64,000 nucleotides of DNA, from NCBI GenBank assembly GCA_964016885.1, contig OZ024743.1, positions 33,976,001-34,040,000 on the forward strand. The letters are read 5' to 3'. The DNA is from Eledone cirrhosa (Eukaryota). The notes below the pieces were generated by a model. It searched no databases. It worked only from the letters and a program-made list of their open reading frames with translations, and had not been told where the DNA came from. The position numbers were made by a program, and so were the translations under genes. Positions 30,104-42,881 of the stretch are shown in pieces. Position 1 is the stretch's first letter. Every line of letters starts with the position of its first letter.

Positions 30104-31859
30104 GCCTCACTCTCTTACCGAGTGGATGCTGTACACCCATCAAAGATGGTAATAATAAATATTTAGCTCCATCAATAATTTAATCATGGATTAAATTCTT
30201 GTCAGGAAATATAGTAGTTGTCTTGATATAGCACAGTGCACACCACAGCTAGTTGTAACATAGACACCTTCCAGGATTCTAGGAGAGTGATAAAAATAAG
30301 GACGAAAGCTGACCAACAGTTCAGTATTATTCCCTTTTATAACGTTAAAAGATATACCTTTTCTTTCTAGCATATACACACCCCTTCTAACTAGCATTTT
30401 AATTTACCTACTGTTCTAATTGATTTACTCAATCTTTCTCTGCTTTTTTATTTCTATATTGAGTCTGATACTTATATAAGACTTACTTTTTCTTATGCTC
30501 TTCTACTTTACACTTTAATAAATATTACATTTTTGTGATGCAAAACTTCGAGGAAAATTTATTAACTAAAACCTATCTTTATAACAATTCTGTTTTGGCA
30601 ATACAGTAGTTTCTATATATATATATATTTACAATTTATCAGTGTAGAGTATGTATATTTCTAACATCGTATACTATAACTGCTCCAACAATCTGTTAAT
30701 TTGTACAGTTGATGTGCTCCTATGAAGCTCTGTTTTTAAGGTCTGCCAAAAACATGTAGGAGTCGTGCAAAATTTGAGTGCCACTTTCAAGAACACAATT
30801 TTGTTAATTATTTTTGATGGTCTTCCCCGAGACGTGGGAGTAGTCATCACACACACACACACACACACACACATACATATCTCTATATAAGTAGGGACTC
30901 ACTTTTCTGGACATCATTACCTCAACCTAGAACCGGTGCTTACTTCAGGTCAACTAGGTAACCGCTGAGAGTGCAGACCTCGGAGAGATGCATTGCTGAA
31001 CTTTAAAGAAGAACAGTTTTATACAAATTTACATAACTTACTAAATATATAATAATTTCCTGGGATCGGTAAATCATTATCTATCTTTGTACCGTAACAT
31101 CGCAATGGAAATATTCAGAGTTGAAGATGGTTGTATGGTGTTATGGCATGCCACATAATTTGTCATAATTGTGCACTGTGTTGTGTAAAATACAGTCCTG
31201 GTAATTTCTTAGAGTGGTCAGAGCAAGAAGTGTCAAAAACTAGGTTTATCAGCTCGTCAAACTATAAGTTGAAATTATTTTGGGAGAAGAATGGGTCGCA
31301 CGCTGTAAGGCTATCATTCTAAGGCCATAAATACTGAGACGCTGGTCTTGCTACTACCACAGCGACAACAATCTTCACTGCTACCTCCTTTAAATGTACA
31401 ATTATGGCTAGTTTCGTTGCAGACAACCATAATTATCCATTAATAATGACGTTATTAAATGTTATTAATTACGTTGCGTATAAGAAAAACAACCCCAAAA
31501 GACATGAATATATGTTGGTACATTTGAAGTTAAACAGGTCCTAGTTCAAAGATGCTGCGCCCCACCACACACTTAAATATGTCAGTCGTGAACACATCCA
31601 GTGCTTGGAGCTTTTAAATGGAAAAGATCATATATCCTGTCACTCTTTTAATGAGTTCTATCATTGGATAGTGTCCATTCTGGGACACTATTGTCATGGC
31701 TTTAAGTTAATTATATTTCCCCCAGTATTTATTTTAGTGTGATCGTACTGAAGCGATGGCCTAATTTTTGAAACAGAATCTGTCTGCAATTATAAAGAAA
31801 TTTAAGCCTAAATTAACTGATTAGAAATAAATACAGAAAACAAATATTGCAAAAGTGTT

Positions 31860-32000
31860 TGTGTAATTCAAAGGAGCAGCCATATCATAGTGACACTCCC
31901 CATGAATTACGTTATGGGTACACGTGTCTGTGGAATGCTCAACAACTTGGCCCTATAACTAGAACACACGTCGCCAGAACCGATGGAGGTCCGATACACA
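31860..32000 (+). mobile_element. Dispersed repeat family (gtaattcaaagg..tacacgtgtctgtggaat.ctca); copies at 58710-58885 +, 34500-34640 -, 7630-7770 -, 53360-53450 +
   Basis: Shared motifs at multiple loci. Confidence 0.6.
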
Positions 32001-32584
32001 CATGCGTACACACATTTCACTGACGTTAACGGCATGAATCAACCAATGAAATGTTGTCACGTTCTTTCTTTCTGTCTCTCTGGAGCGCAAAACGTCAAAT
32101 GGATACTGCCTCGTAATCCCAGTGAAAAGAATTGCGAAAGTGTAACCTGAAGGATAGCGATAGCGAAAGCGAAGCGTTTTATGTGCCAGTCAAAATCATA
32201 GGGTTCATTCTTGCAGATGGCCACATGCAGCCCATTCTTAATAACAAGGAGGAGGGGTGGGGGTAAGGAGATCCAGTACACCAGATATAGATTCCACTTC
32301 CGTTATAATTTCTACAATAAACCTATTAGAGAGCGGCCCGAAAGTATTTTAGAAAAAAAAAAAAAAAAGACAAAAAACATTTAACTGATATTCTTCTGGA
32401 ACGCATAACTAACGAAATATGATTCAATTTATATATGGATCTCTATTTATCGAATAGATAACTTTTGATTTTTTTACACCGATAAATATAAAAAAAAAGA
32501 AAACACGTATGGACACGGACATACACATATATACATATTGGACGTTAAACGACGACGATATACATACACAAATATATCTGTCTG

Positions 32585-32880
32585 TATATATATATATAGT
32601 TAAAGAATGAAGAGTAACATATTTGGCTGTACAATAAGGGCTTTATTTAAAGTACTGACAATTGTTTCGTTGATCAGGTGAGTCTACAACGGATTACCTC
32701 TAACGATAACTTGTTATCCCATATATATATATATATATATATATGGGATAACAAGTTATCGTTAGAGGTAATCCGTTGTAGACTCACCTGATCAACGAAA
32801 CAATTGTCAGTACTTTAAATAAAGCCCTTATTGTACAGCCAAATATGTTACTCTTCATTCTTTAACTATATATATATATA
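32585..32880. repeat. Perfect palindrome centred on (AT)12; each arm carries a hammerhead 3' half + AATAAA
   Basis: Centre 32732/32733; g32599 pairs with c32866. GAAA-CAATTG-TC at 32797-32808, AATAAA at 32818-32823. Confidence 0.93.
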
Positions 32881-33209
32881 TATTATATATAGTTGAAACA
32901 GTAAACAAAAAACAAAAGAACAACAACGTGGAAGCGAAGAGACAGTACAAAATGTTAATATTAGTTTCACGCTTGAGAGTGGGGGGTATATATACATACA
33001 CATGATGGGCTTCTGCATAGTTTCTGCCTTCAAAATTCCAATCACAAAGCGTGTTTTTCAATCCAAAGTTACAGTAGAATACGGTGATACATATTAGGAA
33101 CGAATCCGACCGAAGCTACATTGCAGTAAAGCGAACTTCGTAGCCATGCGTTAATTATGCCTTTCTAAGATATGTATTTTTTTGTCGATCGACTTTCGTC
33201 AAATCGGAC

Positions 33210-33375
33210 CGAGGAAACAATGTTTCCGCTGGTCTTTCCAATTGCATGTAGAAGGAACAACGTGAAATAAAGTGTTTTGCTCAAGGACATATCGCATCGC
33301 ATGGTCCAGGAATCGAACTGACAACCTCACGATTGCGAGTCCAGTTCTCTATCCAATCAGCCACACGCCTTCACT
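33210..33375 (-). mobile_element. Third tRNA-derived SINE family
   Basis: Reverse complement has a ggcgtgtggctgattgg head, gttcgattcc B box and tccttgagcaaaacactt body. Confidence 0.6.
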
Positions 33376-33420
33376 GCATGTATATTTACCTCTGTTTAAA
33401 CATTTTTTATACCAAACCGC

Positions 33421-33555
33421 ACTTTATTTTATCGACCCCGTAAGGTGAAAGGCAAAGTTAACCTCGGTGGGATTTGAACTCACATCATAAATGGCCGTAA
33501 CTCAATGCATCAAAGCATGGCGCCCGACCCTCTACCGATACTGCAAATCCACTGC
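33421..33555 (-). mobile_element. SINE (main family)
   Basis: Consensus match. Confidence 0.85.
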
Positions 33556-33599
33556 GTCAACAAACTTTTGCCTTTCATTTTAACCGATGGGTGTGGGGT

Positions 33600-33800
33600 T
33601 TATTCGGCCGTTTCCACTTCGCACCGGCCGCCGTCGAGACCTCAGTCGTACTTGGACCCCGTACTGTCGAGCTCCTCCGCAAGATCAGAGCGTCGGCGGC
33701 TCGTCTGAGGAGGGAGCCCCGCGAGGTTGGGTGGCTGTTGCAGCAGGTGTCACTGGCCATCGTCGGGGGAATGCTTTTGCCGTCTTGTCAGCGGGGCGCA
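33600..33800 (+). mobile_element. 3' fragment of a CRE-clade non-LTR retrotransposon (restriction-like endonuclease C-terminus)
   Basis: FHFAPAAVETS.VLGP..ELL..I....REPREVGWLLQQVSLAI/RGNAFAVLSAG, with a frameshift. Confidence 0.75.
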
Positions 33801-34644
33801 GCACTTCTGCCCTTTTGCTCTAGGCCCCTCCCCCTTCACCGCTCGCCCTCTCTTTTGCGACAACAGAGCTCTTGCCATCCCCTCCCCTCCCCTTCCTGAT
33901 CTTTTTCTTCTTTCTTTCGCCCCTTTTTTTCTCTAATTTTTTTCTATATTTCCCTATTCTATCTTTCCTTTTGTCCCCCCCCCCCTTTTTTATTATTTCT
34001 ATATTGAAAATAAACATATATGTTGGGAAAAGAAAAATTGCTAAATTAAGTGAGGAATGGATTATTTACCTAACTAATAATAAAACTGAAGTGAAACTCA
34101 AAAAGAAATTCAAAAAAATGTTTAAGATAAGTGATTTAGCTGTCTCTCTTAATATGTTATCATAAGTCTGGCAGCTGATTTATGGGCAAATGATTGTTGG
34201 CAAAAATGGGAACAAATAAACTTAAGTGTATTTAAATGAACTTCCTGTTTAAACCGTGCATATCGTGTGTCTTTATAACTATTAATTTCTATCTTTTGAA
34301 CCACCGACAGTGACTTGCATACCACAAAATTCTCACATATAAACCACAAAGCCATGTTCGTAAAAGATGTTTATAACACGAAGAAAAATGTACTGTTGGA
34401 AAAAAAATTGACAGTCCCTTAAGATAATAGCTTTAAAAACATTGAAAATATAATGCTTCAAATTGTTCACGCTTCCATCAGATGGTATACAATGTATTGT
34501 TGGACCTCCGTCGTTTCTGACGATGAGCGCTCCACTTAATTCAACTGCTTGTATAAATTAATGTGTAAGTGGCTGATCATTCCACAGACACGTGCACTCT
34601 TAATGTAATTCTCAGGTATATTGAGAGTGACACACTGTACACGC

Positions 34645-34750
34645 TTCTACTTTGGGCACAAGGCCAGCAATTACCAAGTGTATTACTGGTACTTTATTTT
34701 ATCGACCCCGTAAGGATGAAAGGCAAAGTTAACCTCGGCGGGATTTGAAC
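34645..34750 (-). mobile_element. SINE (main family), 5'-truncated
   Basis: Consensus match. Confidence 0.88.
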
Positions 34751-34791
34751 GCACCGTAACTCTCGGAACTCCTCTCCTTCCCACCATTCTC

Positions 34792-34820
34792 CTGATGAAG
34801 GGCTTATACCCGAAATGTCA
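34792..34820 (+). ncRNA. Hammerhead core relic lacking stem I
   Basis: CTGATGA-A-GGG(CTTATA)CCC-GAAA-TG-TC; resembles 61867-61902. Confidence 0.5.
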
Positions 34821-34901
34821 CCCTCCCACCCCCACTCTCAAGCATGAACCTAATACCTAACACCTTTCGTAACTGTACTGCTTGTTGTTGTTATTTACTT
34901 T

Positions 34902-34973
<72 letters not shown>

Positions 34974-35123
34974 ATGTGTGTGTGTGTGTGTTTGTTTTGC
35001 AAGATTTCTTATCTGAAAACGTGTGTAATACTTTCGGAAGGTTATGCTGCCAATAAAAGCAAGGTGGTACACAAAAACAAGATGTTGTAGGACAGAACAA
35101 AGGAGAGACAAAATAACAAATTA

Positions 35124-35166
35124 GTCACCGAGGAGGTCACAGACTGTGTGACGAAAGAGCTTTGAC
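35124..35166 (+). ncRNA. Minimal hammerhead motif
   Basis: GTCA-CCGAGGA-G-GTCACA(GACTG)TGTGAC-GAAA-GAGC-TT-TGAC, immediately followed by AATAAA. Confidence 0.7.
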
Positions 35167-35326
35167 AATAAATAAGCAATCAACCGGTTATTAAACGAAC
35201 CAACTTAAAATTTTTAATAAATTAAAATGAAAACCAACAGGTGCGTGTATTTTTATTCGCAGCATGACTCTCCCAAAGAATAACAATTTATATATATATA
35301 TATGTATATATAAATATATATGCGGC

Positions 35327-35427
<101 letters not shown>

Positions 35428-35452
35428 AATATATATATATATACATACATGC

Positions 35453-35513
<61 letters not shown>

Positions 35514-35939
35514 CATGTGTGTAGATGTAGATGTATATATGTGGGCCAAAATTATAGTGAAAAGGGTGAGATTCAGTACAGTAGCTTGGGGAGCACTGCA
35601 CCATGATCACTAATTTGATACGGTATATTCTCTCTCACTCACACTTCCTTACTCTCTCCCCTCTCTCTCCCTCTTTCTTTGCACGCATATATTGCTACAT
35701 AAATATGTATGGCCCAAAACCAACAGTTAGAGTGACATTGTAACAGACAGACAAACACAGAACGGGAAGTGTTCACACACAAGCAATATTACAAGTTGAA
35801 TGGTATTGAGAAACACACATGGAATCATACATACAGCTTTGATGTAGTGTCCAGGGCTCCGAAGCTTGACATTATACAGAGAATCGTATAATGTCAAGCT
35901 TCGTCCCTTTCAGCCATGCTAGAGTAACCGAACGACGTG

Positions 35940-36132
35940 CAGACCTGTCAACTCTCCCCGTCCGACGGGGATATCTCCTACACATACCCATTTGGGGTGG
36001 GTGAGAGTTGCCTTCTCTTGTGAATATTGCTATAGCTTTCACTCTGTAAAATCTCCCCATTTTGCCTCATTTCTCCCTCGTTTTGGGGCCCTTTTTTCGT
36101 GGTACTCCCCGTTTGGGTTTTTGGCAGCTCTG
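35940..36132. mobile_element. MITE-like element (second, partial copy at ~53972-54118)
   Basis: Ends cagacctgtcaa / ttggcagctctg; the internal sequence is shared with 53972-54118. Confidence 0.55.
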
Positions 36133-37299
36133 GATGTGTAACGGTTCATATTTCACTGCTGATACTACTGAAAGGAAAATTAGTTTGATTTCCTTAGTGG
36201 GACAAATATGGCTGAAGTCAAAATTCAGCAGAGGAATTGACATAAAAATGTGGTCATGAATATTCTGAAATACCTATTGCAATAAGGTCATGACGCTTCT
36301 CACTTCGGTGTAAGCTGAAATAACGATTAACAACACGCTCACAATATGCTTTAATTTTCTCACTATTTATATCAGTGAGACATCCAGCATTGTGGTACCT
36401 GATTACAGCTAGTTGGAGTGGACTATTGGGGGCAACGTGTCTTTGTAATAAAACAACAAAACACAGCGTTGGGTATAGTAGACCGGCTGTCGATTTTTTA
36501 ATTGCTTATACGATATTATATCATATCTTCTATCCATGTTTCCAATGATATTTGATAGGTCATACATTATTTATATTAAATAGTAGACTCTTTTCACTAA
36601 GTAAGTATACCTCTCTTAGATTATATAAGAGAGGAAACGATCTTTTTTTTGTTCCCGGGCAGGCTTCATCGAGGAATCGAAACTAATTCCATGATTTTCT
36701 ATGAAGCGCTTATAACCTTATAATCAAATAAACACAATTTTTTTTCAGACCACATACTAGTTGAAATTTTGTGGAAGACAAGAATAAGCATTTGAATCGA
36801 ACCAAATATATTTCTAACATGCTTAAAATGATGGAGTGTCGTGTTTACCCTTGTGAATTTTGAATCCATAACAGTAAGATAAAGAACTCCATACAATAAA
36901 ACATATGGTCTGGCACTTTTATTGTTGTTTTCTAAGAAATACATATTTATTTCTTTTTCTTAAATACAAGACAAACAGTTGCATAAAAGACGTCGTAATC
37001 AACTACTTCGACTGATACTTCTTATATAATGTAGTGATGTGCAACGTGGTCTAGGTAGACCACCAGTGCTCCATAAAGTTCTGCTGGTCCACATCGAATT
37101 TTATGTTCTACTACAATTAAGTGTAAATTTATATTTGGATGTCAATGAAGTTTTCCTTAAGAATTTTGTGGACCATTCTTTGAAAAATTGCACATCAGTG
37201 GACTAAAGGATAAAAGAACAAGTTGGCAACATCACTGTTCAAGTCCAATGATGAAACGTGTATTACAATGCTTTTTGTTCGAGACTCCACAGTTTCTAC

Positions 37300-37395
37300 C
37301 AGGTGCGAGCCCCACGAGGTGGAGTGGTTATTCCAGTGCATCTCCCTCGCTGTCCTCCGGGGCAATGTATTCTCCACCCTGTCGGCCGGGGTCCA
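37300..37395 (+). mobile_element. Second CRE-like 3' fragment
   Basis: EPHEVEWLFQCISLAVLRGNVFSTLSAG, homologous to 33715-33795. Confidence 0.7.
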
Positions 37396-37749
37396 GAGGC
37401 GGAGGGTAAGTTAGTTGGAAGTATAGGATACTCGTTCGGACGTCACCTTTTCTCTATTTCTATATGTAGGAATAGCTTGAATCAATGGTTTAATAAACGA
37501 GTATATACTGTAACTATTATAATTATTATTATCTATAATATTATTTTTCTTAAACAAACGTTCGTGTGTTCGGGTGTAATGCTTTAAAGAATCTTAACTA
37601 TGGACGACATTGCCTTTTATCAGTCAGATGTCGATAAAATAGTTGACAATTTTAAAGTTTGTAGCCTTCTGTCGAGTGTCAGATATCCTTCTTAAAAAAA
37701 ATTGTATGAATTTCTGATTGAGTAATTAATATTATTATACACAGATTTG

Positions 37750-37976
37750 AGAGCAGTGGATTGGCAGAAGCGGTGGAGGGTAGGACAACATGCTTTACGA
37801 CATAGAGCTACGGCACTTTACGTTCTGAGTTCAGATCTCGTCGAGGTTAGCTTTGCCTTTCATCCTTACGTGGTCGATAAAATAAAGTACCAGTAGCGCA
37901 ATGGGGTCGAATTAATCGACTTTCCCTTTCCCTTCAAATTGCTGGCCTTGTGCCTTAAGTAGAAACAATTATTATT
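37750..37976 (+). mobile_element. SINE (main family), full length
   Basis: A box, B box, core and tail. Confidence 0.88.
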
Positions 37977-38185
37977 CACTGATTTATTAGGACTAGCGTT
38001 TTATCTGTATATGTATATATGTATATATATATATATATACACTAACCCAGGTAATAAAATCACACACAGCAGGTAAACTTATATTCACTATACTACGGAT
38101 ACCCGAAGAAGGCTGGAGTGTACATCGGCAGAATTGCTGTGACTATAACAAGCAAAATGAAAACATTAGTTCGAATAAATCAGTA

Positions 38186-38386
38186 TACGAAGGTGAGCTG
38201 AAACGTTCATAGGCTGACTATGAAGGATGATGCTAGGGCTATGAAATCTTACATGCATAAATTTCAACTCTTCGTATTAATAACTGTATTGTTTATTTCC
38301 GGAGACTATGTTGAAAAATAAACCTCATTTGGTCATTCCATGAGTGTATCTTGGTCAGCCTACGAACTTTTCAGCTGATTCTTATA
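38186..38386. mobile_element. mariner-type MITE
   Basis: TIRs TAcgaaggtgagctgaaacgttcataggctgac / gtcagcctacgaacttttcagctgattcttaTA. Confidence 0.7.
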
Positions 38387-39019
38387 ATAAATTTTATTTA
38401 GTCTACAGAAGAGAAGTGGTTAACGAAATACTTGCAACCCATATTAGACTCAGGGAGTATATCAGTGATGTTCATTCTGAATGTCTGTAAGTCAGTGCCG
38501 TCAGTAAAGATAGAGACTATTAGGGAGTTCTATAGAGTTTCCATTGATTTTGTCAGGGTTTGTGTGGTTTACACACAATGGGGATAATATGATGACAAAA
38601 ATAGGATGTCGTGGGTTAAATTAATGACTTTAATGTCTGGAAACCATACAGTAGAGTAATGCTAGGGTTAGCAAGTTATAAATGGGCGGCTGTCTGTTTT
38701 AGACTTTAATTAAAACACATGGGTCATATATAGGGGGTAGACTGTGGTAAATCTTAATCTCAGGTTTCAGTGTCATTGACACATCACTTACTGAACTGTA
38801 GCATCAAACAAATCTCTGCAGCATGCAGTGCCAACATGCAGACTCGAATGCAATAACCCTGCGCATTATCGCTGCAAAATATATCACAACCTACCAAAAA
38901 GACGACTTCTATTTTTTTTTTCGTTGTTTCTTGTTGATTTTGCTCTTGTTCACGTTGTCCTCGTTTTGTTTGTTCTTGTTCTACTTTAGCATCCCAAAAA
39001 GACCACACACCCATGCGTA

Positions 39020-39075
<56 letters not shown>

Positions 39076-39081
39076 ATTGTG

Positions 39082-39154
<73 letters not shown>

Positions 39155-39539
39155 GATTGTGTGTGAGTGTGTATTGTTTGCATGCATTTATATGTATATA
39201 CATGTTTTTATATAGTCATAGATCCACAGAGTTCATATGCGCGTGTGTGTTTGTCTGTGTGCGTGCATATGTGTGTGTCTGTCTGTGTGTGTGTGTGTAG
39301 GTGTGTGTGTGTGCGTGTGTGTCTGTGTGCGTGCATATGTGTGTGTCTGTCTGTATGTGTGTGTGTGTGTATGAGCGTGTGTGTGTGTATGTGTATGTGC
39401 GTGTGTCTTTAAGTGTGAACACACATACACACACACATTCACAAAACTCATACAAGCACATATGTAGGACAATGATCTCAGACACCGGCCCACCGCAAGG
39501 ATAATCTGTTTCCACCACCATTATACCCTCCGTTACAAC

Positions 39540-40051
39540 ACCACCGCCACCATCACCGCAACCACTACTACTATCGTCACCGCCACCATCACCGCAACCA
39601 CTACTACTATCGTCACCGCCACCATCACCGCAACCACTACTACTATCGTCACCACCACCATCATCACAACCACTACTACTATCGTCACCGCCACCATCAC
39701 CGCAACCACTACTACTATCGTCACCGCCACCATCACCGCAACCACTACTACTATCGTCACCACCACCATCATCACAACCACTACTACTATCGCCACCGCC
39801 ACCATCATCACAACCACTACTACTATCGTCACCACCACCATCATCACAACCACTACTACTATCGCCACCGCCACCATCATCACAACCACTACTACTATCG
39901 TCACCGCCACCATCACCACAACCACTACTACTATCGTCACCGCCACCACCATCACCACAACCACTACTACTATCGTCACCACCACCATCATCACAACCAC
40001 TACTACTATCGCCACCGCCACCATCATCACAACCACTACTACTATCGTCAC

Positions 40052-40091
<40 letters not shown>

Positions 40092-40100
40092 TCCATCATC
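39540..40100. repeat. Minisatellite with 36/39-bp units built from triplets, ending in (CAT)n
   Basis: Unit ccgccaccatcaccgcaaccactactactatcgtca, about 13-14 copies. Confidence 0.92.
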
Positions 40101-40407
40101 ATCCTTTTTTTTATTTTTATAAGGTTATATAAAACTGGGGCAGTATTTAGAAGTGATACAGAACGCCATGTAAACAATTTCTTGACAGAAATTCAAACAG
40201 ATGTGGCAATAGTATGTCATAAATTGCTGTAATATATATAATAGTGTGTGTGTGTGTGTTCCAGTGCGTGAGTGTGTGAGTGAGTGTGTGTGTGTGACCC
40301 TGTGTGTGTGTGTGAGTGTATGTGGGTATGAGACCCTCTGTGACTGAGTGAGTGAGTGTGTATGTGTGAGTGTGTGCGTGCGTGACTGTGTGCGCGTGTG
40401 TGTGTGA

Positions 40408-40480
<73 letters not shown>

Positions 40481-40734
40481 ACATAGTAGTGTGTGATAAA
40501 TGCCTGATACTAGAGAGAGAAAGAGATGGAGGTGTTGTTATTTCGACCTAGATCAGCCATGATAGAACAGACCTATGATCAAAGGCGTTCAAGTCTAAAC
40601 ATCTAGAAGCCAGCGAGGAAGCCTCAACAGAGACGCTAGAAACAACAGCAACACCTTCCTCAAATCATATTAAAGTTTTAATAAAAAAAGAGAACACACA
40701 TGGAGCGGAATGGAAGGAAGTATAAAAGTATGTA

Positions 40735-41740
40735 ATTATGGTTTGTAATTTAGGGAGAAGGCCAGCAATTTATGGGGAGGTGAAAGTCGATTAAATCGAC
40801 CTCTGTACTTGATTCGCATTTGTTTTAACGATCTAGAAAGGTTGACTTCTACAAAATTTGAACTCAGAAGTATGTATTAGACATTAGAATACTTTATTTG
40901 ATCGACGCCAATGGTGTTTTATCGCAATACATTTTTCCAGATGTGCAAGCGATTATGCGAATCGACTATTCCCTCCACAATAAAGGTAGTGATCTTTATA
41001 GTGGAAGGAATTGTCGATTAAACGGGCGTACTTGACTGGTATTTTATTTGATCGATCCCGGAAGGATGAAAGGAAAAGTTGACCTCGACAAGATGTGAAC
41101 TCAGATCGTAAATTGTCGGAACAAATACCGCATTTTGTCTGATGCTTTAACAGTTCTGCTAATCCATCGCTCTATTGTGCGTAGTAATAATACTTGCTAT
41201 AATGATGCTTCAGAATTGATACACATAGATTCAAATTAATAGCGGTGTGGGTGGGGGGCGTAATTAATTGATTGATTCGATGATAGTACATTTCTGGTAT
41301 GTGAAAAACTAAATTGACCCAGGAGAGTTTTGAACTCTGAAAGTAAAGGGGTGGAACTAATCATTTTAAAGCATTTAATTTGATTCACTAGTTCGTTTGG
41401 TTTCTAACGTTTCCCCGCCTTGTTGTATTGGATAATTGCTCGGTCCATTGAATCCTCCAGCTCACAGGTACTGCCGATGTCTACACCCAAAACTCCTTTA
41501 TACTGCCCAATCAATTGAAGTTCTTTGCATAATATATACACTGCAAACTGGCTTTAAGTCATGCTATAAATGAAGTTTAATTTACATTTGAAAGATGATG
41601 GGAAGATAAACATATTCATAATAGTCTCTAACATAGACGGTGGAGGTTCATCGATTAATTCGATACCAGTACTTGATTGATACATTATTTTATCGATCCT
41701 GCAAGGATTAAACACAAAGTTGATATCGTTGGCATTTAAA
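40735..41740 (-). mobile_element. Cluster of ~4 degenerate SINE copies
   Basis: Repeated tcgat..gtacttga..ttttatcgat..aaggat.aaa..aaagttga..tgaactc motifs. Confidence 0.65.
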
Positions 41741-42095
41741 ATTCAAAATTATATAACAATAATGAGCATGAAGAATCTGTAATACAATTCTGAATAACAT
41801 TATGTAGCAATAATTTGATAAATAAATGAACAATTTGGGGTGAAAAAATAAACTTTAGATAATAATAGAACAAATCTGACATGGAGTTTGACAGTTCGAA
41901 CACAGGGAACAAGAGCAACAAACGTAAGTCTGTCCAACGTTTAAACATTCTGATTGTAAAACCGACAGTGGAGACAGTACTAACAAATGACAGTTTGATA
42001 ATATCTATTTATCTTTTATCTCAGTCAGTACTTAGAGCAGACCTGCAAGATTGGACTACAAATAGCAGATTATGCTATTTCCAAGACTGCACGCC

Positions 42096-42200
<105 letters not shown>

Positions 42201-42316
42201 GCGCGTTTATAATAATTTTGGCTACTTGACGCTTTAAAATTACTTTTTAAAGTGGATTACTTTTTAAATTGAATATAATATTAGATTCTCAACCAAGTCA
42301 ACGACCTATAGTAGGC

Positions 42317-42719
<403 letters not shown>

Positions 42720-42798
42720 CATACTCTGCTCTGTAAGAGCATAGAGTGCTCAGCCGGCATACCGCCTATGGAAGCATCTTAGCTACCATCCGACACAC

Positions 42799-42881
<83 letters not shown>

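Noticed and set aside
39450-39521. PCGGPVSEIIVLHMC as a B chain
   Set aside because: Cys spacing is off by one, it sits between simple repeats, and there are no splice signals.
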